In this document: positions 1 through 8,780 of the stretch, piece after piece | How the letters are laid out: every line of letters begins with the position of its first letter | Position numbering within the stretch: position 1 is the stretch's first letter | From: an uncultured delta proteobacterium | GTDB taxonomy: Bacteria > Myxococcota_A > Polyangia > Palsa-1104 | Assembly: GCA_963785725.1 (NCBI GenBank) | Contig: CAWAWS010000034.1 | Span: forward strand, 1-13,581 | Length of the DNA: 13,581 nt | Direction: 5' to 3' | Made by a program: the position numbers and the translations under genes | The notes under the pieces: generated by a model | The model's database searches: none | Seen by the model: the letters and a program-made list of their open reading frames with translations, nothing else | Told to the model about the DNA's origin: nothing

Positions 1-96
1 TGGCAAGCGGCAAGTGCAGCCTTCTCCCACGCCGTAAGACTGCCCAATGAGCGCGCGTGCGCCCGGTCAATCGCAGCCAAATCGGCGGCGGCTGAT

Positions 97-1347
97 TCAG
101 CGACGGCGTAGACGGTCTAGAACGCCGGTGTCGAGCTCTTGCGTCACCAGCCGGTCGAGCAGCTCGTACGACGGCGCGCCGGCGACGGGGATGCCGTTGA
201 CGACGACGCTGCCCGACGTCGGCACGCCGATGTGTCGCGCCTCCTCGGCGTCGTGGTCGAGGATCTCGCGCACGCGGCCGCTGACGATCTCGGCGTGCAG
301 CCGCACCGGATCGATGCCGACGGTGGACGCCAGCCGCTCGAGCGCCGCCAGCCGGGCGTGCGTCGGCGTGAGGCGCGTCTTCATGGCCAGATCGTGCAGC
401 TCCCAGAACCGTCCTTGCGCCGCCGCCGCGACCGCGAGCTCCGCCACCTGCGCATCGGGCGACATCAGGTTCTTCCACACGACGCGCACGAGCGCCGGAT
501 AGGTCGCCTGCAGCTTCTGCAGCGACGCCGCCAGCTCCGCGCACGACATGCATGCCAGATTACCGAACGTGACGATGGTGATGGGCGCGTTGGCCGGCCC
601 GCGCGAGGGCGCGTTCGTCGTATCGACGCTGATGCGCTTGTGTGACGCGCGCCCGAGCGGATCGATGACGAACGGCACCTCTTCGTCGCGCTCGAGAATG
701 CGATCGTACAGCTGCGACAAGGGCACGCCTTCGTCGAGCAGCTCCTGTGCGCGCACGCGCGCTTCGTTCACCGCTCGCGTCACCGCCTCCTCGCCCGACC
801 ACGGCGACACGCGGCGGCCGTTGACGAGCAGCTCGGGCGGATGGTGGTCGTTGGCGCGCACGTTCGCGCGCAATCGCCGCAGCGGCTCACGTTGCTTGCG
901 CGTCGCCAGCGCCGCCGCCAGCCGCGCGCCGTCGAGGCCGGCCTCGCGTCCCAGCCGCTCGAGCTCGATGGGCGCAAAGCCGGTCGCGCGCGTCTGCGTC
1001 AGCCGATCGAAGAGCGGCCAAAAGCGTCCTTGATCGGCCGCTTCCAACAGCGCCTCCAACGCCAGCTCCGACGGCGGACCGAAGCTGAACGCGTGCAGGA
1101 TGACGCGCACGTCGCTCGCGTGCTCGGCCGCGTGGCGCGCCATCTCCGCCGTCGCGTACGACGGCAAGTGGCCGAGCGCGACGTAGACGTCGATCGTCAC
1201 CGGCGCGAAGCGCGGCCCGCGCACCGGCACCGCCGTCGCCGGCGCCCACACGACCTCGTGCTCGGCGCCGGTCTGCAGCGTGTCGTCGGCGCCCCGCGCC
1301 GGCGCGGTCAGCGCGAGCGAGACGGCGACGACCAGCGCAAACCGCAT
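97..1347 (-). CDS. Exported tandem DsbA/thioredoxin-fold protein
   Basis: Signal peptide (MRFALVVAVSLALTAPARG). Two DsbA-like repeats (PVRGPRFAPVTIDVY..., PSRGPANAPITIVTF...), both with QGRFW and VNG motifs. CXXC (CMSC) only in the second. Confidence 0.85.
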   Translation of the reverse strand: MRFALVVAVSLALTAPARGADDTLQTGAEHEVVWAPATAVPVRGPRFAPVTIDVYVALGHLPSYATAEMARHAAEHASDVRVILHAFSFGPPSELALEALLEAADQGRFWPLFDRLTQTRATGFAPIELERLGREAGLDGARLAAALATRKQREPLRRLRANVRANDHHPPELLVNGRRVSPWSGEEAVTRAVNEARVRAQELLDEGVPLSQLYDRILERDEEVPFVIDPLGRASHKRISVDTTNAPSRGPANAPITIVTFGNLACMSCAELAASLQKLQATYPALVRVVWKNLMSPDAQVAELAVAAAAQGRFWELHDLAMKTRLTPTHARLAALERLASTVGIDPVRLHAEIVSGRVREILDHDAEEARHIGVPTSGSVVVNGIPVAGAPSYELLDRLVTQELDTGVLDRLRRR

Positions 1348-1353
1348 GCGCTC

Positions 1354-1362
1354 AGTGTAGCA
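1354..1362 (-). promoter_or_regulatory. Putative extended -10 element (TGcTACACT) for a leaderless dsbA-like transcript
   Basis: Minus strand reads TGCTACACT-gagcgc-ATG: TGnTAnnnT 6 nt before the start at 1347, with no Shine-Dalgarno. Confidence 0.45.
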
Positions 1363-1382
1363 AACCGCCGTCGGAAGCGCTG

Positions 1383-1814
1383 TCAGCCCGGCGGATGATA
1401 GAGCAGCACGTACACCATCACGCCCGTCACCGACACGTACATCCAGATCGGCAGCGCGTACCTGACGATGCGCTTATGGTCGCCGAACCGCTTCTTGCGC
1501 GCCAGGTACAGCGAGCGCAACGCCAGCGGCGGCACGGCGATGGCCAAGATCACGTGCGGAATCAGCACCGCGAAGTAGATCGAGCGCCACAACCCGTGAC
1601 CGGGATAGTTGTGCGTCCCCGAGATCGCGATGCGCGTCAAATACGACGTCAAAAACAGGCACGAGACGACGAACGCGCTCGCCATGCACTTCCAATGAAT
1701 GTCGGCGCGACGATTGCGAATGGCGAGCCAGCCGCTGAACAAGAGGATCGCGGCCGTGCCGTTGAGCAGCGCGTTGACGAAGGCGAGCTGCGAGCCGAGC
1801 TGTTCGTGGTTCAT
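1383..1814 (-). CDS. DUF420 family membrane protein (CtaM/YozB-like oxidase assembly factor)
   Basis: Four TM helices; motifs VNALLNG, HWKCM, FLTSYL, PHVILA, HKRIVRYALPIWMYVSVTGVMVY. ATGA overlap with the SCO stop. Confidence 0.92.
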   Translation of the reverse strand: MNHEQLGSQLAFVNALLNGTAAILLFSGWLAIRNRRADIHWKCMASAFVVSCLFLTSYLTRIAISGTHNYPGHGLWRSIYFAVLIPHVILAIAVPPLALRSLYLARKKRFGDHKRIVRYALPIWMYVSVTGVMVYVLLYHPPG

Positions 1815-2494
1815 GGAGCTCCATCAGCGAGCGCGCCGACGTCATGGCGGAGCGTCTCGAGTGACTGCGCGTCGTTGCTGTCGTAATAGCCGCGAATTTG
1901 TCGCCGGCCGTCGACGAGGACGAACTTCGTGCCGTGGACGATGGCGAAGCCGTCCTCTTGCGAGTCGTCCTTCTCTTTGACGACCGCCAGCTTGAAGCCG
2001 CGCACGACCGCGTCTTCGATCTGCTGCTGCGGCCCGGTCAAGAAGGTCCACAGCTGCGGCCGCGCGTGCGCCGTCTCGGCATACTTCTGCAGCACGGCCG
2101 GCGTGTCGCGATCGGGATCGACCGAGATCGAGACCAGATGCACCTTGTCGCCGAGCCGCTGATTGAGCAGCCACGTCTGCAGGTGATTCATGCGCTCCGT
2201 CATCATCGGACAGACTTCGGGGCACGTCGTGAAGATGAAATCGGCCACCCACAAACGGCCGTCGAGCTGCTTCGCGCCGAAGGGCTGGCCGTCGGCGCCG
2301 ACCAGCTGAAAGTCGGGCACGGCGCCATAGTGCGGCAGCGGCTGCCGGCGCGGCTTCGTGATCTCGACCGCCGCCAGCGTGCCCACGACGACGACGAATG
2401 CGATGAGTCGAATGATGCGAATCCAGCGGAGGGTGTGCCGCAGCCCGCGATTCGTCCGCTCCAGCCGGTCGGCCGGCGGCGCTGCTTCGCTCAC
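1811..2494 (-). CDS. SCO1/SenC copper chaperone
   Basis: FIFTTCPEVCP (CXXXC), ISVDPDRDTP, conserved His in IVHGTKF, N-terminal TM anchor. Start reassigned to GTG 2494 (GTGA overlap with the permease stop, GGAGA RBS at 2501-2505). Confidence 0.93.
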   Translation of the reverse strand: MSEAAPPADRLERTNRGLRHTLRWIRIIRLIAFVVVVGTLAAVEITKPRRQPLPHYGAVPDFQLVGADGQPFGAKQLDGRLWVADFIFTTCPEVCPMMTERMNHLQTWLLNQRLGDKVHLVSISVDPDRDTPAVLQKYAETAHARPQLWTFLTGPQQQIEDAVVRGFKLAVVKEKDDSQEDGFAIVHGTKFVLVDGRRQIRGYYDSNDAQSLETLRHDVGALADGAP

Positions 2495-3336
2495 GGCTTG
2501 TCTCCGCGGCGGCTGCAGACGCGCACCGCGACCACGATGGCGACGAGCGCGAACAGCCACGTCACGCCCAACTCGAGCGCCGCCGACGACGGCAACGAGC
2601 CGCCGGGCACGCGACCGCCATAGAGCGCGCGGCGCACGCCGGCGACGGCGTAGGCCATCGGATTGGCGCGCATGGCCCAGCCAATCCAGCGCGGTCCGCC
2701 GGCCATCGGAAACATCGCGCCCGACAAGATCCACAGCGGCAGGAGCAGCACCGACATGACGACGTGATAGCCCTGCGTCGAGTCGAGCCACCAGGCGATG
2801 GCAAAACCGAGCGACGACAGGCCGAGCCCGATGCCGAGCAGCAAGAGCGCCAGTTGCGGCCAGTGAATCGCGCCCATGTCGAAGCCGCCGAGCGGCGCCA
2901 GCGCGAGGAAGATGGCCGCCTGCGCGAGCGCGATCGTCACGCCGCCCAGCGTCTTGCCGAGCACGAGCGCCGCCCGCGACGCCGGCGCCACCAGCACCGC
3001 TTGCAGAAAGCCTTTGTGGCGATCTTCGATGACCGACATCGTCGTGAAGATCGACGTGAACAGCACCACCAGCATGACGATGCCGGGATAGAAATACTGC
3101 ACGTAGCCGACACCCTCGGCGCCCGGCATCTTGAACGAGCTCGAAAGGCCGCTGCCGATGACGAGCCAGAAGATGAGCGGCTGCACCAGCGCGCCGACGA
3201 CGCGGCTCGGCTGGCGGAAGAAGCGGCGCAGGTCGCGTCCGACGAGCACGCCGACGGTGGCGACGTTCAGCCGCGCCAGCGACGCCGGCGGCTCGACCGC
3301 AGCGACGGGCGCGGCGCGTTCGACTGCGGATTCCAT
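2491..3336 (-). CDS. ABC-2 type transporter permease
   Basis: Multi-TM; RDLRRFFRQPSR, YFYPGIV, DRHKGFLQAVLVAPASR, LSGAMFP, NPMAYAVAGVR. Start reassigned to ATG 3336 (TGATG overlap with the ATPase stop). Confidence 0.92.
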   Translation of the reverse strand: MESAVERAAPVAAVEPPASLARLNVATVGVLVGRDLRRFFRQPSRVVGALVQPLIFWLVIGSGLSSSFKMPGAEGVGYVQYFYPGIVMLVVLFTSIFTTMSVIEDRHKGFLQAVLVAPASRAALVLGKTLGGVTIALAQAAIFLALAPLGGFDMGAIHWPQLALLLLGIGLGLSSLGFAIAWWLDSTQGYHVVMSVLLLPLWILSGAMFPMAGGPRWIGWAMRANPMAYAVAGVRRALYGGRVPGGSLPSSAALELGVTWLFALVAIVVAVRVCSRRGDKP

Positions 3337-4262
3337 CAGGCGAGCCCTCGGCCGGTCAGATGCACGAAGACGTCGGCCAGTGTCGGCCGGCGCATGCCGA
3401 CGGCGTGCAAGCGGCCGGGCGGCAACTGCTCGACGAGCCGCGGAATCAGCTCGTGACCGCGCGGCGCCTCGATGACGACGCGCCCATCGACCACGCGCGG
3501 CAGAAGGCCAAAGCGCGCCTGCACCTCGGCGGCGAGCGCCTCGGGCCGGTCGCCTTCGAGCGTCACGACGTCGCCGCCGACCGCTTGGCGCAGCTTCTCC
3601 GGCGTGTCGCAGGCGATGACCTTGCCGTGGTCGAGCACCGCGATGCGATCGCAATACTCCGCTTCGTCGGGCTGATGCGTCGTCAACAAGATCGTCATGC
3701 GCCGCGTGCGCTTATAGTCGAGCAGCTGCTCCCAAATGCGGCGCAAGGTCGGCGCGTCGATGCCGCGGCTGGGCTCGTCCATGATCAAGATTTCCGGCTC
3801 GTGCAGGAGCACGCGCGCGATCTCGAGCCGCCGCTTCATGCCGCCCGAGAAGCGCTCGACCGGCTCTTTGGCGCGATCGCCGAGCTCGACGAGGGCCAAG
3901 AGCTCGTCGATGCGCGCGGCGGCGCGACGGCCAGTCAAGCCGTACAGCGAGCAGCCGAGGCTCAAGTTCTCGCGCGCGGATAATTTGTCGTCGAGCGACG
4001 GCTCTTGGAACACGACGCCGAGGCGGCGGCGCACTTTGCCGTCGGTGGGCGGCGCCAGTATGCCGTCGATGAGCACGCGGCCGCCGTCGGGCGCCAAGAG
4101 GCCGGTCAACAGGTGGAACGTCGTCGATTTGCCGGCGCCGTTCGGTCCGAGAAAGCCGAAGACCTCGCCTTTGCCGATGTCGACCGTCAAGCCGTCGACG
4201 GCGACGCGCTCACCGAAGCGGCGGGTGAGGCCGTCCAGACGCAAGAACGCGGCGTCGGTCAT
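3336..4262 (-). CDS. ABC transporter ATP-binding protein (DrrA/NodI-like)
   Basis: Walker A GPNGAGKST, Q-loop VVFQE, signature FSGGMKRR, Walker B ILIMDEP, H-loop LTTH. Confidence 0.95.
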   Translation of the reverse strand: MTDAAFLRLDGLTRRFGERVAVDGLTVDIGKGEVFGFLGPNGAGKSTTFHLLTGLLAPDGGRVLIDGILAPPTDGKVRRRLGVVFQEPSLDDKLSARENLSLGCSLYGLTGRRAAARIDELLALVELGDRAKEPVERFSGGMKRRLEIARVLLHEPEILIMDEPSRGIDAPTLRRIWEQLLDYKRTRRMTILLTTHQPDEAEYCDRIAVLDHGKVIACDTPEKLRQAVGGDVVTLEGDRPEALAAEVQARFGLLPRVVDGRVVIEAPRGHELIPRLVEQLPPGRLHAVGMRRPTLADVFVHLTGRGLA

Positions 4263-4308
4263 TGCGGCCCTGCCGGCCGGACGCTCACGTTCGCTTGCTC
4301 GCGCTCGC

Positions 4309-5211
4309 TCACGAGCGTCCGAGCACCAGCGCCGCGAACAGAACCGGGAGGTAAATGATCGAGTAGAAGAAGAACCAGCGCGCCCAGCGACGCGTCTGAT
4401 CGTCGGTCATCGGGCGCAGACCGAAGCCGCACAACGCCAGCAGCACGGCGCCGAGCGCGAAGGCGGCGCCCTCGTAGAAGCGGCCGCCGACGCCGGTCCA
4501 GCGCACGGCCAGCGAGACCGCGAACTGCACGACCGACCAGACGACGATCTGCTTGCGCGCGCTGTTGATGCCGCTGACGACCGCGGTCACTTTGAGCCCG
4601 GCGCGCGCATATTCCTCGCCGCGGAAGATCGAGATGGCGATGGAGTGGGGCAGCTGCCACACGAACATGAGCGCGAACAGCGCCACGCCCGGCGCGTCGA
4701 GATGGCCCGTCGACGCCGTCCAGCCGAGCAGCGGCGGAATCGCGCCCGGGATCGCGCCCACCGGCAACGCCAACGCCGAGTAGCGCTTGAGCGGCGTATA
4801 CGCGCAAACATAGAGCACGAGCGACATGAGGCTGAGCAGCGCCGTCAGCGGATTGGCCGCCGCGCGCACGACCGGCAGCGCGAAGATGGCGCAGAAGAGC
4901 CCGAAGGCGATGGCCACCTCCGGCTGCATGCGACCGGCCGGCAGCGGGCGATTGCGCGTGCGCTTCATGAGCGCGTCGACGTCGCGCTCGAGGTACATGT
5001 TGAACGCGTTGGCGGCGGCGATGACGAGCCCGACGCCGACCAACGTCACGATCGCGCGCGGCAACGCCAGCGGTGACGGCGCGAGCCAGAGGCCCGTCGC
5101 CGTCGTCACGAGCACCATGAACGTGATGCGCGGCTTCGACAGCGCGATGAGGTCGCGCAGCGTATCGAGCGCGCTCTGTTCGGTTACGGTTGCGGTTGCC
5201 GTCGGCTTCAC
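4309..5211 (-). CDS. ctaB: Protoheme IX farnesyltransferase (heme O synthase)
   Basis: LSKPRIT, NMYLERDVDALMKRTRNRPLPAGR, YTPLKR, GAIPGAIPPLLGW, WQLPH, EEYARAG. Start GTG 5211 overlaps the ctaA stop (GTGA). Confidence 0.96.
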   Translation of the reverse strand: MKPTATATVTEQSALDTLRDLIALSKPRITFMVLVTTATGLWLAPSPLALPRAIVTLVGVGLVIAAANAFNMYLERDVDALMKRTRNRPLPAGRMQPEVAIAFGLFCAIFALPVVRAAANPLTALLSLMSLVLYVCAYTPLKRYSALALPVGAIPGAIPPLLGWTASTGHLDAPGVALFALMFVWQLPHSIAISIFRGEEYARAGLKVTAVVSGINSARKQIVVWSVVQFAVSLAVRWTGVGGRFYEGAAFALGAVLLALCGFGLRPMTDDQTRRWARWFFFYSIIYLPVLFAALVLGRS

Positions 5212-6155
5212 GCGGCCACTCCTTCGTTGACGTTGCGTAGGCCGTTGGGCGCGTCCGCCGTCGTCGTCGCGCGCGCCCGCGACGAGCCGCGCGAGACGAT
5301 GTGCAAGATGGTGCAGTCGGCGAGCAGCGCCGCCGCCACGCCGAGGTGCGCGGTCACCGGCACGGCGTCGAGGAACGTCGTAATCGACAGAATGCCGAGC
5401 GTCATCTGCACCAGCGCCAGCACGGGCGCGGCGATCGCCAGCGCCTTGACCGTCGTCGTGCGCGCGTTCTTCGCCGTCACGATCGCCATGCCGACCAAGT
5501 GGCCGAGGACGACGAGCGCGAACAGCCGATGCACGACATGCAAGCTGACGTTCGGATGCACGTTCGTCGGCCACAGCTGCCCTTGGCACAGCGGCAAGTC
5601 GGTGCACGCCAAGCCCGCGCCCAAGTGCCGCATGGCCGCGCCGATGATCATCTGCACGTAGACGAGGATCGCGCCCCACATCGTCATGCGCTGCACTTTG
5701 CCGGCGAGCGGCGCGCGCTGGTCGTCTTTGGCGCGAAAGGCGATGTAGATGAGGCTCAAGAAGAACAGCTGCGACACCGCGAGATGCGCCGTCGACACGA
5801 CCGGCGGCAGGCGCAAGAGCACCGTGATGCCGCCCAGCGTCGCCTGCGTCAGGACGAGGCCGAACGCGCCCGTCGCCAGCCAGGCCAGCTGGCTCGCCGC
5901 TTTGCTCGGGGTTTTGCGCGCGCTGCGCCAGGCCGCGATCATGAGGATCGCCGCCATCAAGCTCACCGTCGAGGCCACGAGCCGATGGCTGTGCTCGACG
6001 AGGACGCCGCCTTCCATTTTGGGGAACACTTGCCCGTAGCAGAGCGGCCAGTCGGGGCAGGCCAGCGACGAGCGCGTGTTGTGCACGAGCCCGCCCATGA
6101 GCAAGAGCACGAACGTCAGCGACGCGGTGGCGATGGCGAAACGACGCAACGTCAT
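5208..6155 (-). CDS. ctaA: Heme A synthase (COX15/CtaA)
   Basis: ACPDWPLC, EHSHR, QATLGGITV, TAHL, second repeat GAGLACTDLPLC, VHR, TAHL; 8-TM pattern. Confidence 0.95.
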   Translation of the reverse strand: MTLRRFAIATASLTFVLLLMGGLVHNTRSSLACPDWPLCYGQVFPKMEGGVLVEHSHRLVASTVSLMAAILMIAAWRSARKTPSKAASQLAWLATGAFGLVLTQATLGGITVLLRLPPVVSTAHLAVSQLFFLSLIYIAFRAKDDQRAPLAGKVQRMTMWGAILVYVQMIIGAAMRHLGAGLACTDLPLCQGQLWPTNVHPNVSLHVVHRLFALVVLGHLVGMAIVTAKNARTTTVKALAIAAPVLALVQMTLGILSITTFLDAVPVTAHLGVAAALLADCTILHIVSRGSSRARATTTADAPNGLRNVNEGVAA

Positions 6156-6168
6156 GTACTGCCGCTTT

Positions 6169-7017
6169 CTACTTCGAGGCGGTTTGCGTAGCCGAGAATT
6201 CCAGCTTCAGCTCAGCCGGCTTGCCTTTGACGATCGTGACCTTGCCCGGCTTCGTACCGAAGCGCTCGTGCCAGGCCTCGACGTCCCACGTGCCGACGGG
6301 AACGTCTTTGATCTCGAACTTGCCGTCTTTGTCGGTGACGGCGAAGAAGCCGTTGTTCTGCACCCACACGAAGCCGGTCATCCACTGGTGGACGTCGCAC
6401 TTCATCTTCAACATGACGCCGTTCTGCGTGAACGTCTTCTCGATGTTGGGCATGCCCGGCACCTGCGCGACGTTGAAGAGCGTGCGCGCGCCTTCGTAGC
6501 TGTGCACGTTGTGCAGGACGGGGTCGCCGTTGCGGATGTCGAGCGGCTGACCGTCGACGACGCCGAGCACGCGCGGCCGATACATGCAGTCGTCCTGCGA
6601 GATCGTCGCCTTTTCCTTCGGCGGATTCGTCGTCGCCGGCAAGCCGATGACGTGCACGAGCACGTTCGCCAGGTGCCCCTTGTCGTCCGCCACCACCGAC
6701 TCGTCCTTCATCGGCTTCTTGGCGCAGAAGGCATCCGAGCTGCGCTTCAAGTCGTCCATGACCGGCAGCTTGCCGGTGACGGTGACCACGCCCGTGAGGC
6801 TGCCCGTGTCGCCCGCCGGCGCCGCGGTCGCGCCGGACGGCGCCGCCGCCGTGCCCGACGGCGCGGCCGCCGTGCCCGACGGAGCCGCCGCCGTGCCCGA
6901 AGCGGGCGCGGCCGGCATGCCCGACGGCGGCGCGGCCGGCGCCTCGGTCTTCTTCTCGTCACAGCCGACGACAGCCAGCGAAGCGAAGGCGAACGCGAAC
7001 AAATGTCGACGTAACAT
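6169..7017 (-). CDS. Lipoprotein with cupredoxin-like core and carboxypeptidase-regulatory-like beta domain
   Basis: Lipobox LAVVG-C; Ala/Pro linker; DPVLHNVH...KCDVHQWM (H..C-x2-H-x2-M); C-terminal FAVTDKDGKFEIKDVPVGTWDVEAWHE. Confidence 0.8.
   Translation of the reverse strand: MLRRHLFAFAFASLAVVGCDEKKTEAPAAPPSGMPAAPASGTAAAPSGTAAAPSGTAAAPSGATAAPAGDTGSLTGVVTVTGKLPVMDDLKRSSDAFCAKKPMKDESVVADDKGHLANVLVHVIGLPATTNPPKEKATISQDDCMYRPRVLGVVDGQPLDIRNGDPVLHNVHSYEGARTLFNVAQVPGMPNIEKTFTQNGVMLKMKCDVHQWMTGFVWVQNNGFFAVTDKDGKFEIKDVPVGTWDVEAWHERFGTKPGKVTIVKGKPAELKLEFSATQTASK
6815..6900. repeat. In-frame 21-bp tandem repeat encoding (PSGTAAA)n linker
   Basis: gacggcgccgccgccgtgccc, gacggcgcggccgccgtgccc, gacggagccgccgccgtgccc at 6836-6898 plus a degenerate copy at 6815-6835. 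Confidence 0.85.
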
Positions 7018-7025
7018 GCGCGCGT

Positions 7026-7059
7026 GGTGTAACGCGACGCCCGCTAGGTGTCAACCTAG
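7026..7059 (-). promoter_or_regulatory. Putative sigma70 promoter of the cta cluster with overlapping palindrome
   Basis: Minus strand TTGACA (7054-7049), 17-nt spacer, TACACC (7031-7026), 8 nt to ATG 7017. CTAGGT-N4-ACCTAG at 7044-7059. Confidence 0.55.
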
Positions 7060-7067
7060 TGGCCGCG

Positions 7068-8720
7068 TCAAACACTCAGCTTCGACGCGCCGATACGGGC
7101 TACGAACTCGGCTTCGATCGGCACATTCACGCACGTCGTCTGCCCCGAAGCGAGCGCCTCCTTAATTGTTCGGGTCAGCTGCGTCGGATCTTCGACGTAC
7201 GCGCCGCGACCGCCGAACGCCTCGACCACTTTGTCGTAGCGCGTCGGCGCCAGCTTCGTGGCCGGCGAGCGCTCGGCGCCGAAGATCATCACCTGCGGCC
7301 CGCGAATCTGCCCCCACGCCGCGTCATTGGCGACGACGACCGTGACCGGCAGCCCGAAGCGCACGCAGGTCTCGAAGTCGAACCCGTTGAGCCCGAACGA
7401 GCCATCGCCCGACAGCACCAGTATCTTCTTGTCGGGATACATCTTTTTCGCCGCCAACGCGAAGGGCGCGCCGATGCCGAGGCAGCCGAGCGGCCCCGGG
7501 TCGAGCCAATGCCCGGCGCGCTCGGTCAAGAGCACGCGCGCGGCCAGCGCCACGCAGTCGCCGCCGTCGCCGATGACGATCGTGTCGGCGTCGATGGCGT
7601 CGGCGATGGCGCGCGCCAGCCGATAATGATTGATCGGCCGCGCGTCCGAGCGCTCGTGCTGCTGCATCTCGGCCCGACCTTGCTCCTCGGTGCCGAGCAG
7701 CGCCGCGCACCAGGGCGCAAACCGCTCGGCGCGCACGCCCAGGGCCACGCAAGCGCCCTCGAGCTGCGCCAAGATCGCCCGCGAGTCACCGACGAGGCCG
7801 ATGTCCGCCGGCCGATTGCGCCCGAGCTGCGCCGGATCGCGGTCGATCTGAATGATCTTGGCGTCGCCGTTGATGCCGGCGCCATAACCGACGCGAAAAT
7901 CGAGCGGCGCACCGACGACGATCATGCAGTCGGTCTCGCGGAACGCCTTCTTGCGCGCCAGGTTCAGCGCGTGCGGGTTCGTCGACGGCAACGTGCCGCG
8001 GCCCATGCCGTTCATCACCGTCGGCACCCCGAGCCGCATGACCAGCTCGCGCAGCACCTCGGCCGCGTCGTCCCACCACACTTGCGAGCCGACGAACAGG
8101 AGCGGCCGCTGCGAGCTCGCGATGATCTTCGCCGCCGCCTCGACCGAGCGTGGATCGGCCGGCGCCGGACCCGGCGCCACCCACGGCGACGACGGCGGCA
8201 GCTGCGCCTCGTCCACTTGCGCCGTCAGCACGTCGAACGGCAGCTCGAGGAACACCGGCCCACGCACGCCCGAATTCGCGTGCCGCACGGCCGTATTCAC
8301 CATCTCCGGCAGCCGCTTCGGATCGGTCACCGTCGCCGACCACTTGGTGATCGAGCGCATCAACGACAGCTGATCCATCTCCTGCAGCGCGCCGCGTCCC
8401 GCCAGCCGCAGCTCGGCCGCGCCACCGAGGACGACGAGCGGCGACTGCGCCAGGCTGGCGTTGGCCACGCCGGTCACGGCGTCGGTCACGCCCGGTCCCG
8501 CGGTCACGATGGCGACGCCGGGGCCGCGCGACAGCCGCGCCCAGGCATCGGCCGCGTGCGCCGCCGCTTGCTCGTGGCGCGTGTCGACGATGTCGATCTC
8601 GTGCCGCAGGCAGCCGTCATAGATGGGCGCGATGTGGCCGCCGCACAAGGTGAAGACGCAGCGCACGCCGTTGTCCTTGAGCGCGCGGGCTACGAGATGT
8701 CCGCCGATGCTGACCGCCAT
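7068..8720 (-). CDS. TPP-dependent enzyme, acetolactate synthase-like / 2-hydroxyacyl-CoA lyase-oxalyl-CoA decarboxylase clade
   Basis: [50 protein letters not shown] motif GDGSFG...VANDAAWG. Confidence 0.92.
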   Translation of the reverse strand: MAVSIGGHLVARALKDNGVRCVFTLCGGHIAPIYDGCLRHEIDIVDTRHEQAAAHAADAWARLSRGPGVAIVTAGPGVTDAVTGVANASLAQSPLVVLGGAAELRLAGRGALQEMDQLSLMRSITKWSATVTDPKRLPEMVNTAVRHANSGVRGPVFLELPFDVLTAQVDEAQLPPSSPWVAPGPAPADPRSVEAAAKIIASSQRPLLFVGSQVWWDDAAEVLRELVMRLGVPTVMNGMGRGTLPSTNPHALNLARKKAFRETDCMIVVGAPLDFRVGYGAGINGDAKIIQIDRDPAQLGRNRPADIGLVGDSRAILAQLEGACVALGVRAERFAPWCAALLGTEEQGRAEMQQHERSDARPINHYRLARAIADAIDADTIVIGDGGDCVALAARVLLTERAGHWLDPGPLGCLGIGAPFALAAKKMYPDKKILVLSGDGSFGLNGFDFETCVRFGLPVTVVVANDAAWGQIRGPQVMIFGAERSPATKLAPTRYDKVVEAFGGRGAYVEDPTQLTRTIKEALASGQTTCVNVPIEAEFVARIGASKLSV

Positions 8721-8780
8721 GCCTCGACCCCCGGTTGGAATCGATTATCGGCGCGTCGCTCGGGAAGTTGCGTGAAAAAT

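Noticed and set aside
1..18. Sigma54-like TGGCA...TGC
   Set aside because: GG-to-GC spacing is not 10 nt and no supported plus-strand gene follows.
2495..5679. Long N-terminal extensions of SCO (2791), permease (3654) and ctaB (5679) in the ORF track
   Set aside because: They overlap upstream genes; coupled starts at 2494, 3336 and 5211 fit better.
6815..6900. 21-bp repeats as a CRISPR or regulatory array
   Set aside because: No spacers; variation is mostly at codon third positions; encodes a protein linker.
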